Source of the DNA: Nemertoderma westbladi
Lineage: Eukaryota; Animalia; Xenacoelomorpha
Length of the DNA: 64,000 bases
Assembly (NCBI GenBank): GCA_032718475.1
Contig: JAUCBJ010009115.1
Coordinates: 41,087-105,086 of the forward strand
Direction: 5' to 3'
The notes below the pieces were generated by a model. That model saw nothing but the letters and a program-made list of their open reading frames with translations. It ran no database searches and was not told where the DNA came from. Below, piece after piece: positions 38,201 through 56,200 of the stretch (position 1 is its first letter; each line of letters starts with the position of its first letter). A program made the position numbers and the translations under genes.

Positions 38201-41200
38201 CGGATACAATACCGGCAGACCCTGATGTAAGTATACAAGAAATAACAGATACAATACCGGCAGACCCTGATGTAAGTATACAAGAAATAACGGATACAAT
38301 ACCGGCAGACCCTGATGTAAGTATACAAGAAATAACAGATACAATACCAGCAGACCCTGATGTAAGTATACAAGAAATAACAGATATAATAACAGCAGAC
38401 CCTGATGTAAGTATACAAGAAATAACAGATACAATACCGGCAGACCCTGATGTAAGTATACAAGAAATAACAGATATAATAACAGCAGACCCTGATGTAA
38501 GTATACAAGAAATAACAGATACAATAACAGCAGACCCTGATGTAAGTATACAAGAAATAACAGATACAATACCGGCAGACCCTGATGTAAGTATACAAGA
38601 AATAACAGATACAATAACAGCAGACCCTGATGTAAGTATACAAGGAATAACAGATACAATACCAGCAGACCCTGATGTAAGTATACAAGAAATAACAGAT
38701 ACAATACCAGCAGACCCTGATGTAAGTATACAAGAAATAACAGATACAATAACAGCAGACCCTGATGTAAGTATACAAGAAATAACAGATACAATACCAG
38801 CAGACCCTGATGTAAGTATACAAGAAATAACAGATACAATAACAGCAGACCCTGATGTAAGTATACAAGAAATAACAGATACAATACCGGCAGACCCTGA
38901 TGTAAGTATACAAGAAATAACAGATACAATAACAGCAGACCCTGATGTAAGTATACAAGAAATAACAGATACAATACCAGCAGACCCTGATGTAAGTATA
39001 CAAGAAATAACAAATACAATAACAGCAGACCCTGATGTAAGTATACAAGAAATAACAGATACAATACCAGCAGACCCTGATGTAAGTATACAAGAAATAA
39101 CAGATATAATAACAGCAGACCCTAATGTAAGTATACAAGAAATAACGGATACAATTCCAGCAGACCCTGATGTAAGTATACAAGAAATAACGGATACAAT
39201 TCCAGCAGACCTTGATGTAAGTATACAAGAAATAACAGATACAATAACAGCAGACCCTGATGTAAGTATACAAGAAATAACAGATACAATACCGGCAGAC
39301 CCTGATGTAAGTATACAAGAAATAACAGATACAATAACAGCAGACCCTGATGTAAGTATACAAGAAATAACGGATACAATACCGGCAGACCCTGATGTAA
39401 GTATACAAGAAATAACAGATACAATACCAGCAGACCCTGATGTAAGTATACAAGAAATAACAGATACAATACCAGCAGACCCTGATGTAAGTATACAAGA
39501 AATAACAGATACAATACCGGCAGACCCTGATGTAAGTATACAAGAAATAACAGATACAATACCGGCAGACCCTGATGTAAGTATACAAGAAATAACAGAT
39601 ACAATAACAGCAGACCCTGATGTAAGTATACAAGAAATAACAGATACAATAACAGCAGACCCTGATGTAAGTATACAAGAAATAACAGATACAATACCGG
39701 CAGACCCTGATGTAAGTATACAAGAAATAACAGATACAATAACAGCAGACCCTGATGTAAGTATACAAGAAATAACAGATATAATAACAGCAGACCCTGA
39801 TGTAAGTATACAAGAAATAACAGATACAATACCGGCAGACCCTGATGTAAGTATACAAGGAATAACAGATACAATACCGGCAGACCCTGATGTAAGTATA
39901 CAAGAAATAACAGATACAATACCAGCAGACCCTGATGTAAGTATACAAGAAATAACAGATACAATAACAGCAGACCCTGATGTAAGTATACAAGAAATAA
40001 CAGATATAATAACAGCAGACCCTGATGTAAGTATACAAGAAATAACAGATACAATAACAGCAGACCCTGATGTAAGTATACAAGAAATAACAGATACAAT
40101 ACCAGCAGACCCTGATGTAAGTATACAAGAAATAACAGATATAATAACAGCAGACCCTGATGTAAGTATACAAGAAATAACAGATACAATAACAGCAGAC
40201 CCTGATGTAAGTATACAAGAAATAACAGATACAATACCGGCAGACCCTGATGTAAGTATACAAGAAATAACAGATACAATAACAGCAGACCCTGATGTAA
40301 GTATACAAGAAATAACAGATATAATAACAGCAGACCCTGATGTAAGTATACAAGAAATAACAGATACAATACCGGCAGACCCTGATGTAAGTATACAAGG
40401 AATAACAGATACAATAACAGCAGACCCTGATGTAAGTATACAAGAAATAACGGATACAATACCGGCAGACCCTGATGTAAGTATACAAGAAATAACGGAT
40501 ACAATACCGGCAGACCCTGATGTAAGTATACAAGAAATAACAGATACAATACCGGCAGACCCTGATGTAAGTATACAAGAAATAACAGATACAATACCAG
40601 CAGACCCTGATGTAAGTATACAAGGAATAACAGATACAATAACAGCAGACCCTGATGTAAGTATACAAGAAATAACAGATACAATAACAGCAGACCCTGA
40701 TGTAAGTATACAAGAAATAACAGATACAATACCGGCAGACCCTGATGTAAGTATACAAGAAATAACAGATACAATACCGGCAGACCCTGATGTAAGTATA
40801 CAAGAAATAACAGATACAATACCGGCAGACCCTGATGTAAGTATACAAGAAATAACAGATACAATAACAGCAGACCCTGATGTAAGTATACAAGAAATAA
40901 CAGATACAATAACAGCAGACCCTGATGTAAGTATACAAGGAATAACAGATACAATACCAGCAGACCATGATGTAAGTATACAAGAAATAACAGATATAAT
41001 AACAGCAGACCCTGATGTAAGTATACAAGAAATAACAGATACAATACCAGCAGACCCTGATGTAAGTATACAAGGAATAACAGATACAATACCAGCAGAC
41101 CATGATGTAAGTATACAAGAAATAACAGATATANNNNNNNNNNNNNNNNNNNNNNNNNNNNNNNNNNNNNNNNNNNNNNNNNNNNNNNNNNNNNNNNNNN

Positions 41201-44200
41201 NNNNNNNNNNNNNNNNNNNNNNNNNNNNNNNNNCAGCAGACCCTGATGTAAGTATACAAGAAATAACAGATACAATACCGGCAGACCCTGATGTAAGTAT
41301 ACAAGGAATAACAGATACAATAACAGCAGACCCTGATGTAAGTATACAAGAAATAACAGATACAATACCGGCAGACCCTGATGTAAGTATACAAGAAATA
41401 ACAGATACAATACCGGCAGACCCTGATGTAAGTATACAAGAAATAACAGATACAATAACAGCAGACCCTGATGTAAGTATACAAGAAATAACAGATACAA
41501 TACCAGCAGACCCTGATGTAAGTATACAAGGAATAACGGATACAATAACAGCAGACCCTGATGTAAGTATACAAGAAATAACAGATACAATACCGGCAGA
41601 CCCTGATGTAAGTATACAAGGAATAACAGATACAATACCAGCAGACCCTGATGTAAGTATACAAGAAATAACAGATACAATACCGGCAGACCCTGATGTA
41701 AGTATACAAGGAATAACAGATACAATAACAGCAGACCCTGATGTAAGTATACAAGAAATAACAGATACAATACCGGCAGACCCTGATGTAAGTATACAAG
41801 GAATAACGGATACAATAACAGCAGACCCTGATGTAAGTATACAAGAAATAACAGATACAATACCAGCAGACCCTGATGTAAGTATACAAGAAATAACAGA
41901 TACAATAACAGCAGACCCTGATGTAAGTATACAAGAAATAACAGATACAATACCGGCAGACCCTGATGTAAGTATACAAGAAATAACGGATACAATACCG
42001 GCAGACCCTGATGTAAGTATACAAGAAATAACAGATACAATACCGGCAGACCCTGATGTAAGTATACAAGAAATAACAGATACAATACCGGCAGACCCTG
42101 ATGTAAGTATACAAGGAATAACAGATACAATACCAGCAGACCCTGATGTAAGTATACAAGAAATAACAGATACAATAACAGCAGACCCTGATGTAAGTAT
42201 ACAAGAAATAACAGATACAATACCGGCAGACCCTGATGTAAGTATACAAGAAATAACAGATACAATACCGGCAGACCCTGATGTAAGTATACAAGGAATA
42301 ACAGATACAATACCAGCAGACCCTGATGTAAGTATACAAGAAATAACGGATACAATACCGGCAGACCCTGATGTAAGTATACAAGGAATAACAGATACAA
42401 TACCAGCAGACCCTGATGTAAGTATACAAGAAATAACAGATACAATACCGGCAGACCCTGATGTAAGTATACAAGAAATAACAGATACAATACCGGCAGA
42501 CCCTGATGTAAGTATACAAGAAATAACAGATACAATACCGGCAGACCCTGATGTAAGTATACAAGGAATAACAGATACAATACCAGCAGACCCTGATGTA
42601 AGTATACAAGAAATAACAGATACAATACCGGCAGACCCTGATGTAAGTATACAAGAAATAACAGATACAATACCGGCAGACCCTGATGTAAGTATACAAG
42701 AAATAACAGATACAATACCGGCAGACCCTGATGTAAGTATACAAGGAATAACAGATACAATAACAGCAGACCCTGATGTAAGTATACAAGAAATAACAGA
42801 TACAATACCAGCAGACCCTGATGTAAGTATACAAGAAATAAAAGATACAATAACAGCAGACCCTGATGTAAGTATACAAGAAATAACAGATACAATACCG
42901 GCAGACCCTGATGTAAGTATACAAGAAATAACAGATACAATACCGGCAGACCCTGATGTAAGTATACAAGAAATAAAAGATACAATAACAGCAGACCCTG
43001 ATGTAAGTATACAAGAAATAACAGATACAATACCGGCAGACCCTGATGTAAGTATACAAGAAATAAAAGATACAATAACAGCAGACCCTGATGTAAGTAT
43101 ACAAGAAATAACAGATATAATACCGGCAGACCCTGATGTAAGTATACAAGAAATAACAGATACAATACCGGCAGACCCTGATGTAAGTATACAAGAAATA
43201 AAAGATACAATAACAGCAGACCCTGATGTAAGTATACAAGAAATAACAGATACAATACCGGCAGACCCTGATGTAAGTATACAAGAAATAAAAGATACAA
43301 TAACAGCAGACCCTGATGTAAGTATACAAGAAATAACAGATACAATACCGGCAGACCCTGATGTAAGTATACAAGAAATAACAGATACAATACCGGCAGA
43401 CCCTGATGTAAGTATACAAGAAATAACAGATACAATACCGGCAGACCCTGATGTAAGTATACAAGAAATAACAGATACAATACCGGCAGACCCTGATGTA
43501 AGTATACAAGAAATAACAGATACAATAACAGCAGACCCTGATGTAAGTATACAAGAAATAACAGATACAATACCGGCAGACCCTGATGTAAGTATACAAG
43601 AAATAACAGATACAATACCGGCAGACCCTGATGTAAGTATACAAGAAATAACAGATACAATACCGGCAGACCCTGATGTAAGTATACAAGAAATAACAGA
43701 TACAATACCGGCAGACCCTGATGTAAGTATACAAGGAATAACAGATACAATACCGGCAGACCCTGATGTAAGTATACAAGAAATAACAGATACAATACCG
43801 GCAGACCCTGATGTAAGTATACAAGAAATAACAGATACAATACCGGCAGACCCTGATGTAAGTATACAAGGAATAACAGATACAATACCGGCAGACCCTG
43901 ATGTAAGTATACAAGAAATAACAGATACAATACCAGCAGACCCTGATGTAAGTATACAAGAAATAACAGATACAATACCGGCAGACCCTGATGTAAGTAT
44001 ACAAGAAATAACAGATACAATACCGGCAGACCCTGATGTAAGTATACAAGAAATAACAGATACAATACCGGCAGACCCTGATGTAAGTATACAAGAAATA
44101 ACAGATACAATACCGGCAGACCCTGATGTAAGTATACAAGGAATAACAGATACAATACCGGCAGACCCTGATGTAAGTATACAAGAAATAACAGATACAA

Positions 44201-47200
44201 TACCGGCAGACCCTGATGTAAGTATACAAGGAATAACAGATACAATACCAGCAGACCCTGATGTAAGTATACAAGAAATAAAAGATACAATAACAGCAGA
44301 CCCTGATGTAAGTATACAAGAAATAACAGATACAATACCGGCAGACCCTGATGTAAGTATACAAGAAATAACAGATACAATACCGGCAGACCCTGATGTA
44401 AGTATACAAGAAATAACAGATACAATACCGGCAGACCCTGATGTAAGTATACAAGAAATAACAGATACAATAACAGCAGACCCTGATGTAAGTATACAAG
44501 AAATAACAGATACAATACCGGCAGACCCTGATGTAAGTATACAAGAAATAACGGATACAATACCGGCAGACCCTGATGTAAGTATACAAGAAATAACAGA
44601 TACAATACCGGCAGACCCTGATGTAAGTATACAAGAAATAACAGATACAATACCGGCAGACCCTGATGTAAGTATACAAGAAATAACAGATACAATACCG
44701 GCAGACCCTGATGTAAGTATACAAGGAATAACAGATACAATAACAGCAGACCCTGATGTAAGTATACAAGAAATAACAGATACAATACCAGCAGACCCTG
44801 ATGTAAGTATACAAGAAATAACAGATACAATACCGGCAGACCCTGATGTAAGTATACAAGAAATAACAGATACAATAACAGCAGACCTTGATGTAAGTAT
44901 ACAAGGAATAACAGATACAATAACAGCAGACCCTGATGTAAGTATACAAGAAATAACAGATACAATACCGGCAGACCCTGATGTAAGTATACAAGAAATA
45001 ACAGATACAATACCGGCAGACCCTGATGTAAGTATACAAGAAATAACAGATACAATACCGGCAGACCCTGATGTAAGTATACAAGAAATAACAGATACAA
45101 TACCGGCAGACCCTGATGTAAGTATACAAGGAATAACGGATACAATAACAGCAGACCCTGATGTAAGTATACAAGAAATAACAGATACAATACCGGCAGA
45201 ACCTGATGTAAGTATACAAGAAATAACAGATACAATACCAGCAGACCCTGATGTAAGTATACAAGAAATAACAGATACAATACCGGCAGACACTGATGTA
45301 AGTATACAAGGAATAACGGATACAATAACAGCAGACCCTGATGTAAGTATACAAGAAATAACAGATACAATACCAGCAGACCCTGATGTAAGTATACAAG
45401 AAATAACAGATACAATACCGGCAGACCCTGATGTAAGTATACAAGGAATAACAGATACAATACCAGCAGACCCTGATGTAAGTATACAAGAAATAAAAGA
45501 TACAATAACAGCAGACCCTGATGTAAGTATACAAGAAATAACAGATACAATACCGGCAGACCCTGATGTAAGTATACAAGGAATAACAGATACAATACCA
45601 GCAGACCCTGATGTAAGTATACAAGAAATAACAGATACAATACCAGCAGACCCTGATGTAAGTATACAAGAAATAACAGATACAATAACAGCAGACCCTG
45701 ATGTAAGTATACAAGAAATAACAGATACAATAACTGCAGACCCTGATGTAAGTATACAAGAAATAACAGATACAATACCGGCAGACCCTGATGTAAGTAT
45801 ACAAGAAATAACAGATACAATACCGGCAGACCCTGATGTAAGTATACAAGAAATAACAGATACAATAACAGCAGACCCTGATGTAAGTATACAAGAAATA
45901 ACAGATACAATACCAGCAGAACCTGATGTAAGTATACAAGAAATAACAGATACAATAACAGCAGACCCTGATGTAAGTATACAAGAAATAACAGATATAA
46001 TAACAGCAGACCCTGATGTAAGTATACAAGAAATAACAGATACAATACCAGCAGAAACTGATGTAAGTATACAAGAAATAACAGATACAATAACAGCAGA
46101 CCCTGATGTAAGTATACAAGGAATAACAGATACAATACCGGCAGACCCTGATGTAAGTATACAATAAATAACAGATACAATACCGGCAGACCCTGATGTA
46201 AGTATACAATAAATAACAGATACAATACCGGCAGACCCTGATGTAAGTATACAAGAAATAACAGATACAATACCGGCAGACCCTGATGTAAGTATACAAG
46301 AAATAACAGATATAATAACAGCAGACCCTGATGTAAGTATACAAGAAATAACAGATACAATACCAGCAGAACCTGATGTAATTATACAAGAAATAACAGA
46401 TACAATAACAGCAGACCCTGATGTAAGTATACAAGGAATAACAGATACAATACCAGCAGACCCTGATGTAAGTATACAAGAAATAACAGATATAATAACA
46501 GCAGACCCTGATGTAAGTATACAAGAAATAACAGATACAATACCAGCAGAACCTGATGTAATTATACAAGAAATAACAGATACAATAACAGCAGACCCTG
46601 ATGTAAGTATACAAGGAATAACAGATACAATACCAGCAGACCCTGATGTAAGTATACAAGAAATAACAGATACAATACCGGCAGACCCTGATGTAAGTAT
46701 ACAATAAATAACAGATACAATACCGGCAGACCCTGATGTAAGTATACAAGAAATAACAGATACAATACCGGCAGACCCTGATGTAAGTATACAAGGAATA
46801 ACAGATACAATAACAGCAGACCCTGATGTAAGTATACAAGAAATAACAGATACAATACCGGCAGACCCTGATGTAAGTATACAAGAAATAACAGATACAA
46901 TACCGGCAGACCCTGATGTAAGTATACAAGAAATAACAGATACAATACCAGCAGACCCTGATGTAAGTATACAAGAAATAACAGATACAATACCGGCAGA
47001 CCCTGATGTAAGTATACAAGAAATAACAGATACAATACCGGCAGACCCTGATGTAAGTATACAAGAAATAACAGATACAATACCAGCAGACCCTGATGTA
47101 AGTATACAAGAAATAACAGATACAATACCGGCAGACCCTGATGTAAGTATACAAGGAATAACGGATACAATAACAGCAGACCCTGATGTAAGTATACAAG

Positions 47201-50200
47201 AAATAACAGATACAATAACAGCAGACCCTGATGTAAGTATACAAGGAATAACAGATACAATAACAGCAGACCCTGATGTAAGTATACAAGGAATAACAGA
47301 TACAATAACAGCAGACCCTGATGTAAGTATACAAGAAATAACAGATACAATACCGGCAGACCCTGATGTAAGTATACAAGGAATAACAGATACAATACCA
47401 GCAGACCCTGATGTAAGTATACAAGAAATAACAGATACAATAACAGCAGACCCTGATGTAAGTATACAAGGAATAACAGATACAATAACAGCAGACCCTG
47501 ATGTAAGTATACAAGAAATAACAGATACAATACCGGCAGACCCTGATGTAAGTATACAAGAAATAACAGATACAATAACAGCAGACCCTGATGTAAGTAT
47601 ACAAGGAATAACAGATACAATACCAGCAGACCCTGATGTAAGTATACAAGAAATAACAGATACAATACCAGCAGACCCTGATGTAAGTATACAAGAAATA
47701 ACAGATACAATACCGGCAGACCCTGATGTAAGTATACAAGAAATAACAGATACAATACCAGCAGACCCTGATGTAAGTATACAAGAAATAACAGATACAA
47801 TAACAGCAGACCCTGATGTAAGTATACAAGGAATAACAGATACAATACCGGCAGACCCTGATGTAAGTATACAAGAAATAACAGATACAATAACAGCAGA
47901 CCCTGATGTAAGTATACAAGAAATAACAGATACAATACCAGCAGACCCTGATGTAAGTATACAAGAAATAACAGATACAATACCGGCAGACCCTGATGTA
48001 AGTATACAAGAAATAACAGATACAATACCAGCAGACCCTGATGTAAGTATATAAGAAATAACAGATACAATAACAGCAGACCCTGATGTAAGTATACAAG
48101 AAATAACAGATACAATACCAGCAGACCCTGATGTAAGTATACAAGAAATAACAGATACAATACCAGCAGACCCTGATGTAAGTATACAAGAAATAACAGA
48201 TACAATAACAGCAGACCCTGATGTAAGTATACAAGAAATAACAGATACAATACCGGCAGACCCTGATGTAAGTATACAAGAAATAACAGATACAATACCG
48301 GCAGACCCTGATGTAAGTATACAAGGAATAACGGATACAATAACAGCAGACCCTGATGTAAGTATACAAGAAATAACAGATACAATAACAGCAGACCCTG
48401 ATGTAAGTATACAAGAAATAACAGATACAATAACAGCAGACCCTGATGTAAGTATACAAGAAATAACAGATACAATAACAGCAGACCCTGATGTAAGTAT
48501 ACAAGGAATAACAGATACAATACCAGCAGACCCTGATGTAAGTATACAAGGAATAACAGATACAATAACAGCAGACCCTGATGTAAGTATACAAGAAATA
48601 ACAGATACAATACCGGCAGACCCTGATGTAAGTATACAAGAAATAACAGATACAATACCGGCAGACCCTGATGTAAGTATACAAGGAATAACGGATACAA
48701 TAACAGCAGACCCTGATGTAAGTATACAAGAAATAACAGATACAATAACAGCAGACCCTGATGTAAGTATACAAGAAATAACAGATACAATAACAGCAGA
48801 CCCTGATGTAAGTATACAAGGAATAACAGATACAATACCAGCAGACCCTGATGTAAGTATACAAGGAATAACAGATACAATAACAGCAGACCCTGATGTA
48901 AGTATACAAGAAATAACAGATACAATACCGGCAGACCCTGATGTAAGTATACAAGAAATAACAGATACAATACCGGCAGACCCTGATGTAAGTATACAAG
49001 AAATAACAGATACAATACCAGCAGACCCTGATGTAAGTATACAAGAAATAACAGATACAATACCAGCAGACCCTGATGTAAGTATACAAGAAATAACAGA
49101 TACAATACCGGCAGACCCTGATGTAAGTATATAAGAAATAACAGATACAATACCGGCAGACCCTGATGTAAGTATACAAGGAATAACGGATACAATAACA
49201 GCAGACCCTGATGTAAGTATACAAGAAATAACAGATACAATACCGGCAGACCCTGATGTAAGTATACAAGAAATAACAGATACAATACCGGCAGACCCTG
49301 ATGTAAGTATACAAGGAATAACAGATACAATACCAGCAGACCCTGATGTAAGTATACAAGAAATAACAGATACAATACCGGCAGACCCTGATGTAAGTAT
49401 ACAAGAAATAACAGATACAATACCGGCAGACCCTGATGTAAGTATACAAGAAATAACGGATACAATACCGGCAGACCCTGATGTAAGTATACAAGAAATA
49501 ACAGATACAATACCGGCAGACCCTGATGTAAGTATACAAGAAATAACAGATACAATAACAGCAGACCCTGATGTAAGTATACAAGGAATAACAGATACAA
49601 TACCAGCAGACCCTGATGTAAGTATACAAGAAATAACAGATACAATACCAGCAGACCCTGATGTAAGTATACAAGAAATAACAGATACAATACCGGCAGA
49701 CCCTGATGTAAGTATACAAGAAATAACAGATACAATACCGGCAGACCCTGATGTAAGTATACAAGAAATAACAGATACAATACCGGCAGACCCTGATGTA
49801 AGTATACAAGGAATAACGGATACAATAACAGCAGACCCTGATGTAAGTATACAAGGAATAACAGATATAATAACAGCAGACCCTGATGTAAGTATACAAG
49901 GAATAACAGATACAATACCAGCAGACCCTGATGTAAGTATACAAGAAATAACAGATACAATAACAGCAGACCCTGATGTAAGTATACAAGAAATAACAGA
50001 TACAATACCAGCAGACCCTGATGTAAGTATACAAGGAATAACAGATACAATACCGGCAGACCCTGATGTAAGTATACAAGAAATAACAGATACAATACCA
50101 GCAGACCCTGATGTAAGTATACAAGAAATAACAGATACAATACCGGCAGACCCTGATGTAAGTATACAAGGAATAACAGATACAATAACAGCAGACCCTG

Positions 50201-53200
50201 ATGTAAGTATACAAGAAATAACAGATACAATAACAGCAGACCCTGATGTAAGTATACAAGAAATAACAGATACAATACCGGCAGACCCTGATGTAAGTAT
50301 ACAAGAAATAACAGATACAATACCAGCAGACCCTGATGTAAGTATACAAGGAATAACAGATACAATACCGGCAGACCCTGATGTAAGTATACAAGAAATA
50401 ACAGATACAATACCAGCAGACCCTGATGTAAGTATACAAGAAATAACAGATACAATACCGGCAGACCCTGATGTAAGTATACAAGGAATAACAGATACAA
50501 TAACAGCAGACCCTGATGTAAGTATACAAGGAATAACAGATACAATACCGGCAGACCCTGATGTAAGTATACAAGAAATAACAGATACAATACCAGCAGA
50601 CCCTGATGTAAGTATACAAGAAATAACAGATACAATACCGGCAGACCCTGATGTAAGTATACAAGGAATAACAGATACAATAACAGCAGACCCTGATGTA
50701 AGTATACAAGAAATAACAGATACAATACCGGCAGACCCTGATGTAAGTATACAAGAAATAACAGATACAATACCAGCAGACCCTGATGTAAGTATACAAG
50801 AAATAACAGATACAATACCAGCAGACCCTGATGTAAGTATACAAGAAATAACAGATACAATACCGGCAGACCCTGATGTAAGTATACAAGAAATAACAGA
50901 TACAATAACAGCAGACCCTGATGTAAGTATACAAGAAATAACAGATACAATACCGGCAGACCCTGATGTAAGTATACAAGAAATAACAGATACAATACCA
51001 GCAGACCCTGATGTAAGTATACAAGAAATAACAGATACAATAACAGCAGACCCTGATGTAAGTATACAAGGAATAACAGATACAATAACAGCAGACCCTG
51101 ATGTAAGTATACAAGAAATAACAGATACAATACCAGCAGACCCTGATGTAAGTATACAAGAAATAACAGATACAATACCGGCAGACCCTGATGTAAGTAT
51201 ACAAGAAATAACAGATACAATACCGGCAGACCCTGATGTAAGTATACAAGAAATAACAGATACAATACCGGCAGACCCTGATGTAAGTATACAAGAAATA
51301 ACAGATACAATACCAGCAGACCCTGATGTAAGTATACAAGAAATAACAGATACAATACCAGCAGACCCTGATGTAAGTATACAAGAAATAACAGATACAA
51401 TACCGGCAGACCCTGATGTAAGTATACAAGAAATAACAGATACAATACCGGCAGACCCTGATGTAAGTATACAAGAAATAACAGATACAATAACAGCAGA
51501 CCCTGATGTAAGTATACAAGAAATAACAGATACAATACCGGCAGACCCTGATGTAAGTATACAAGAAATAACAGATACAATACCGGCAGACCCTGATGTA
51601 AGTATACAAGGAATAACAGATACAATACCAGCAGACCCTGATGTAAGTATACAAGAAATAACAGATACAATACCGGCAGACCCTGATGTAAGTATACAAG
51701 AAATAACAGATACAATACCGGCAGACCCTGATGTAAGTATACAAGAAATAACAGATACAATACCGGCAGACCCTGATGTAAGTATACAAGAAATAACAGA
51801 TACAATACCGGCAGACCCTGATGTAAGTATACAAGAAATAACAGATACAATAACAGCAGACCCTGATGTAAGTATACAAGGAATAACAGATACAATACCA
51901 GCAGACCCTGATGTAAGTATACAAGAAATAACAGATACAATACCAGCAGACCCTGATGTAAGTATACAAGAAATAACAGATACAATACCGGCAGACCCTG
52001 ATGTAAGTATACAAGAAATAACAGATACAATACCGGCAGACCCTGATGTAAGTATACAAGAAATAACAGATACAATACCGGCAGACCCTGATGTAAGTAT
52101 ACAAGGAATAACAGATACAATAACAGCAGACCCTGATGTAAGTATACAAGGAATAACAGATACAATAACAGCAGACCCTGATGTAAGTATACAAGGAATA
52201 ACAGATACAATACCAGCAGACCCTGATGTAAGTATACAAGAAATAACAGATACAATAACAGCAGACCCTGATGTAAGTATACAAGAAATAACAGATACAA
52301 TACCGGCAGACCCTGATGTAAGTATACAAGAAATAACAGATACAATAACAGCAGACCCTGATGTAAGTATACAAGAAATAACAGATACAATACCAGCAGA
52401 CCCTGATGTAAGTATACAAGAAATAACAGATACAATAACAGCAGACCCTGATGTAAGTATACAAGGAATAACAGATACAATACCAGCAGACCCTGATGTA
52501 AGTATACAAGAAATAACAGATACAATAACAGCAGACCCTGATGTAAGTATACAAGAAATAACAGATACAATACCAGCAGACCCTGATGTAAGTATACAAG
52601 AAATAACAGATACAATACCGGCAGACCCTGATGTAAGTATACAAGAAATAACAGATACAATACCAGCAGACCCTGATGTAAGTATACAAGAAATAACAGA
52701 TACAATACCGGCAGACCCTGATGTAAGTATACAAGGAATAACAGATACAATAACAGCAGACCCTGATGTAAGTATACAAGAAATAACAGATACAATAACA
52801 GCAGACCCTGATGTAAGTATACAAGAAATAACAGATACAATACCGGCAGACCCTGATGTAAGTATACAAGAAATAACAGATACAATACCAGCAGACCCTG
52901 ATGTAAGTATACAAGGAATAACAGATACAATACCGGCAGACCCTGATGTAAGTATACAAGAAATAACAGATACAATACCAGCAGACCCTGATGTAAGTAT
53001 ACAAGAAATAACAGATACAATACCGGCAGACCCTGATGTAAGTATACAAGGAATAACAGATACAATAACAGCAGACCCTGATGTAAGTATACAAGGAATA
53101 ACAGATACAATACCGGCAGACCCTGATGTAAGTATACAAGAAATAACAGATACAATACCAGCAGACCCTGATGTAAGTATACAAGAAATAACAGATACAA

Positions 53201-56200
53201 TACCGGCAGACCCTGATGTAAGTATACAAGGAATAACAGATACAATAACAGCAGACCCTGATGTAAGTATACAAGGAATAACAGATACAATACCGGCAGA
53301 CCCTGATGTAAGTATACAAGAAATAACAGATACAATACCAGCAGACCCTGATGTAAGTATACAAGAAATAACAGATACAATACCGGCAGACCCTGATGTA
53401 AGTATACAAGGAATAACAGATACAATAACAGCAGACCCTGATGTAAGTATACAAGAAATAACAGATACAATACCGGCAGACCCTGATGTAAGTATACAAG
53501 AAATAACAGATACAATACCAGCAGACCCTGATGTAAGTATACAAGAAATAACAGATACAATAACAGCAGACCCTGATGTAAGTATACAAGGAATAACAGA
53601 TACAATAACAGCAGACCCTGATGTAAGTATACAAGAAATAACAGATACAATACCAGCAGACCCTGATGTAAGTATACAAGAAATAACAGATACAATACCG
53701 GCAGACCCTGATGTAAGTATACAAGAAATAACAGATACAATACCAGCAGACCCTGATGTAAGTATACAAGAAATAACAGATACAATAACAGCAGACCCTG
53801 ATGTAAGTATACAAGAAATAACAGATTACCAGCAGACCCTGATGTAAGTATACAAGAAATAACAGATACAATACCAGCAGACCCTGATGTAAGTATACAA
53901 GAAATAACAGATACAATAACAGCAGACCCTGATGTAAGTATACAAGGAATAACAGATACAATAACAGCAGACCCTGATGTAAGTATACAAGAAATAACAG
54001 ATACAATACCAGCAGACCCTGATGTAAGTATACAAGAAATAACAGATACAATACCAGCAGACCCTGATGTAAGTATACAAGGAATAACAGATACAATAAC
54101 AGCAGACCCTGATGTAAGTATACAAGAAATAACAGATACAATACCGGCAGACCCTGATGTAAGTATACAAGAAATAACAGATACAATAACAGCAGACCCT
54201 GATGTAAGTATACAAGGAATAACAGATACAATAACAGCAGACCCTGATGTAAGTATACAAGAAATAACAGATACAATACCAGCAGACCCTGATGTAAGTA
54301 TACAAGAAATAACAGATACAATACCAGCAGACCCTGATGTAAGTATACAAGAAATAACAGATACAATACCAGCAGACCCTGATGTAAGTATACAAGAAAT
54401 AACAGATACAATACCGGCAGACCCTGATGTAAGTATACAAGAAATAACAGATACAATACCGGCAGACCCTGATGTAAGTATACAAGAAATAACAGATACA
54501 ATAACAGCAGACCCTGATGTAAGTATACAAGAAATAACAGATACAATACCGGCAGACCCTGATGTAAGTATACAAGAAATAACAGATACAATACCGGCAT
54601 AACCTGATGTAAGTATACAAGAAATAACAGATACAATACCGGCATAACCTGATGTAAGTATACAAGAAATAACGGATACAATACCGGCAGACCCTGATGT
54701 AAGTATACAAGAAATAACAGATACAATACCGGCAGACCCTGATGTAAGTATACAAGAAATAACAGATACAATACCGGCATAACCTGATGTAAGTATACAA
54801 GAAATAACGGATACAATACCGGCAGACCCTGATGTAAGTATACAAGAAATAACAGATACAATACCGGCAGACCCTGATGTAAGTATACAAGAAATAACGG
54901 ATACAATAACAGCAGACCCTGATGTAAGTATACAAGAAATAACAGATACAATACCGGCAGACCCTGATGTAAGTATACAAGAAATAACAGATACAATACC
55001 GGCAGACCCTGATGTAAGTATACAAGAAATAACAGATACAATAACAGCAGACCCTGATGTAAGTATACAAGAATTAACAGATACAATACCGGCAGAACCT
55101 GATGTAAGTATACAAGAAATAACAGATACAATACCAGCAGACCCTGATGTAAGTATACAAGAAATAACAGATACAATAACAGCAGACCCTGATGTAAGTA
55201 TACAAGAAATAACAGATACAATACCGGCAGACCCTGATGTAAGTATACAAGAAATAACAGATACAATAACAGCAGACCCTGATGTAAGTATACAAGAAAT
55301 AACAGATACAATAACAGCAGACCCTGATGTAAGTATACAAGAATTAACAGATACAATACCGGCAGACCCTGATGTAAGTATACAAGAAATAACAGATACA
55401 ATAACAGCAGACCCTGATGTAAGTATACAAGAAATAACAGATACAATACCAGCAGACCCTGATGTAAGTATACAAGAATTAACAGATACAATACCGGCAG
55501 ACCCTGATGTAAGTATACAAGAAATAACAGATACAATAACAGCAGACCCTGATGTAAGTATACAAGAAATAACAGATACAATACCAGCAGACCCTGATGT
55601 AAGTATACAAGAAATAAAAGATACAATACCAGCAGACCCTGATGTAAGTATACAAGAAATAACAGATACAATTCCAGCAGACCTTGATGTAAGTATACAA
55701 GAAATAACAGATACAATACCGGCATAACCTGATGTAAGTATACAAGAAATAACGGATACAATACCGGCAGACCCTGATGTAAGTATACAAGAAATAACAG
55801 ATACAATACCGGCAGACCCTGATGTAAGTATACAAGAAATAACAGATAAAATAACAGCAGACCTTGATGTAAGTATACAAGAAATAACAGATACAATACC
55901 GGCATAACCTGATGTAAGTATACAAGAAATAACAGATACAATAACAGCAGACCCTGATGTAAGTATATAAGAAATAACAGATACAATACCAGCAGACCCT
56001 GATGTAAGTATACAAGAAATAAAAGATACAATAACAGCAGACCCTGATGTAAGTATACAAGAAATAACAGATACAATTCCAGCAGACCTTGATGTAAGTA
56101 TACAAGAAATAACAGATACAATACCGGCATAACCTGATGTAAGTATACAAGAAATAACGGATACAATACCGGCAGACCCTGATGTAAGTATACAAGAAAT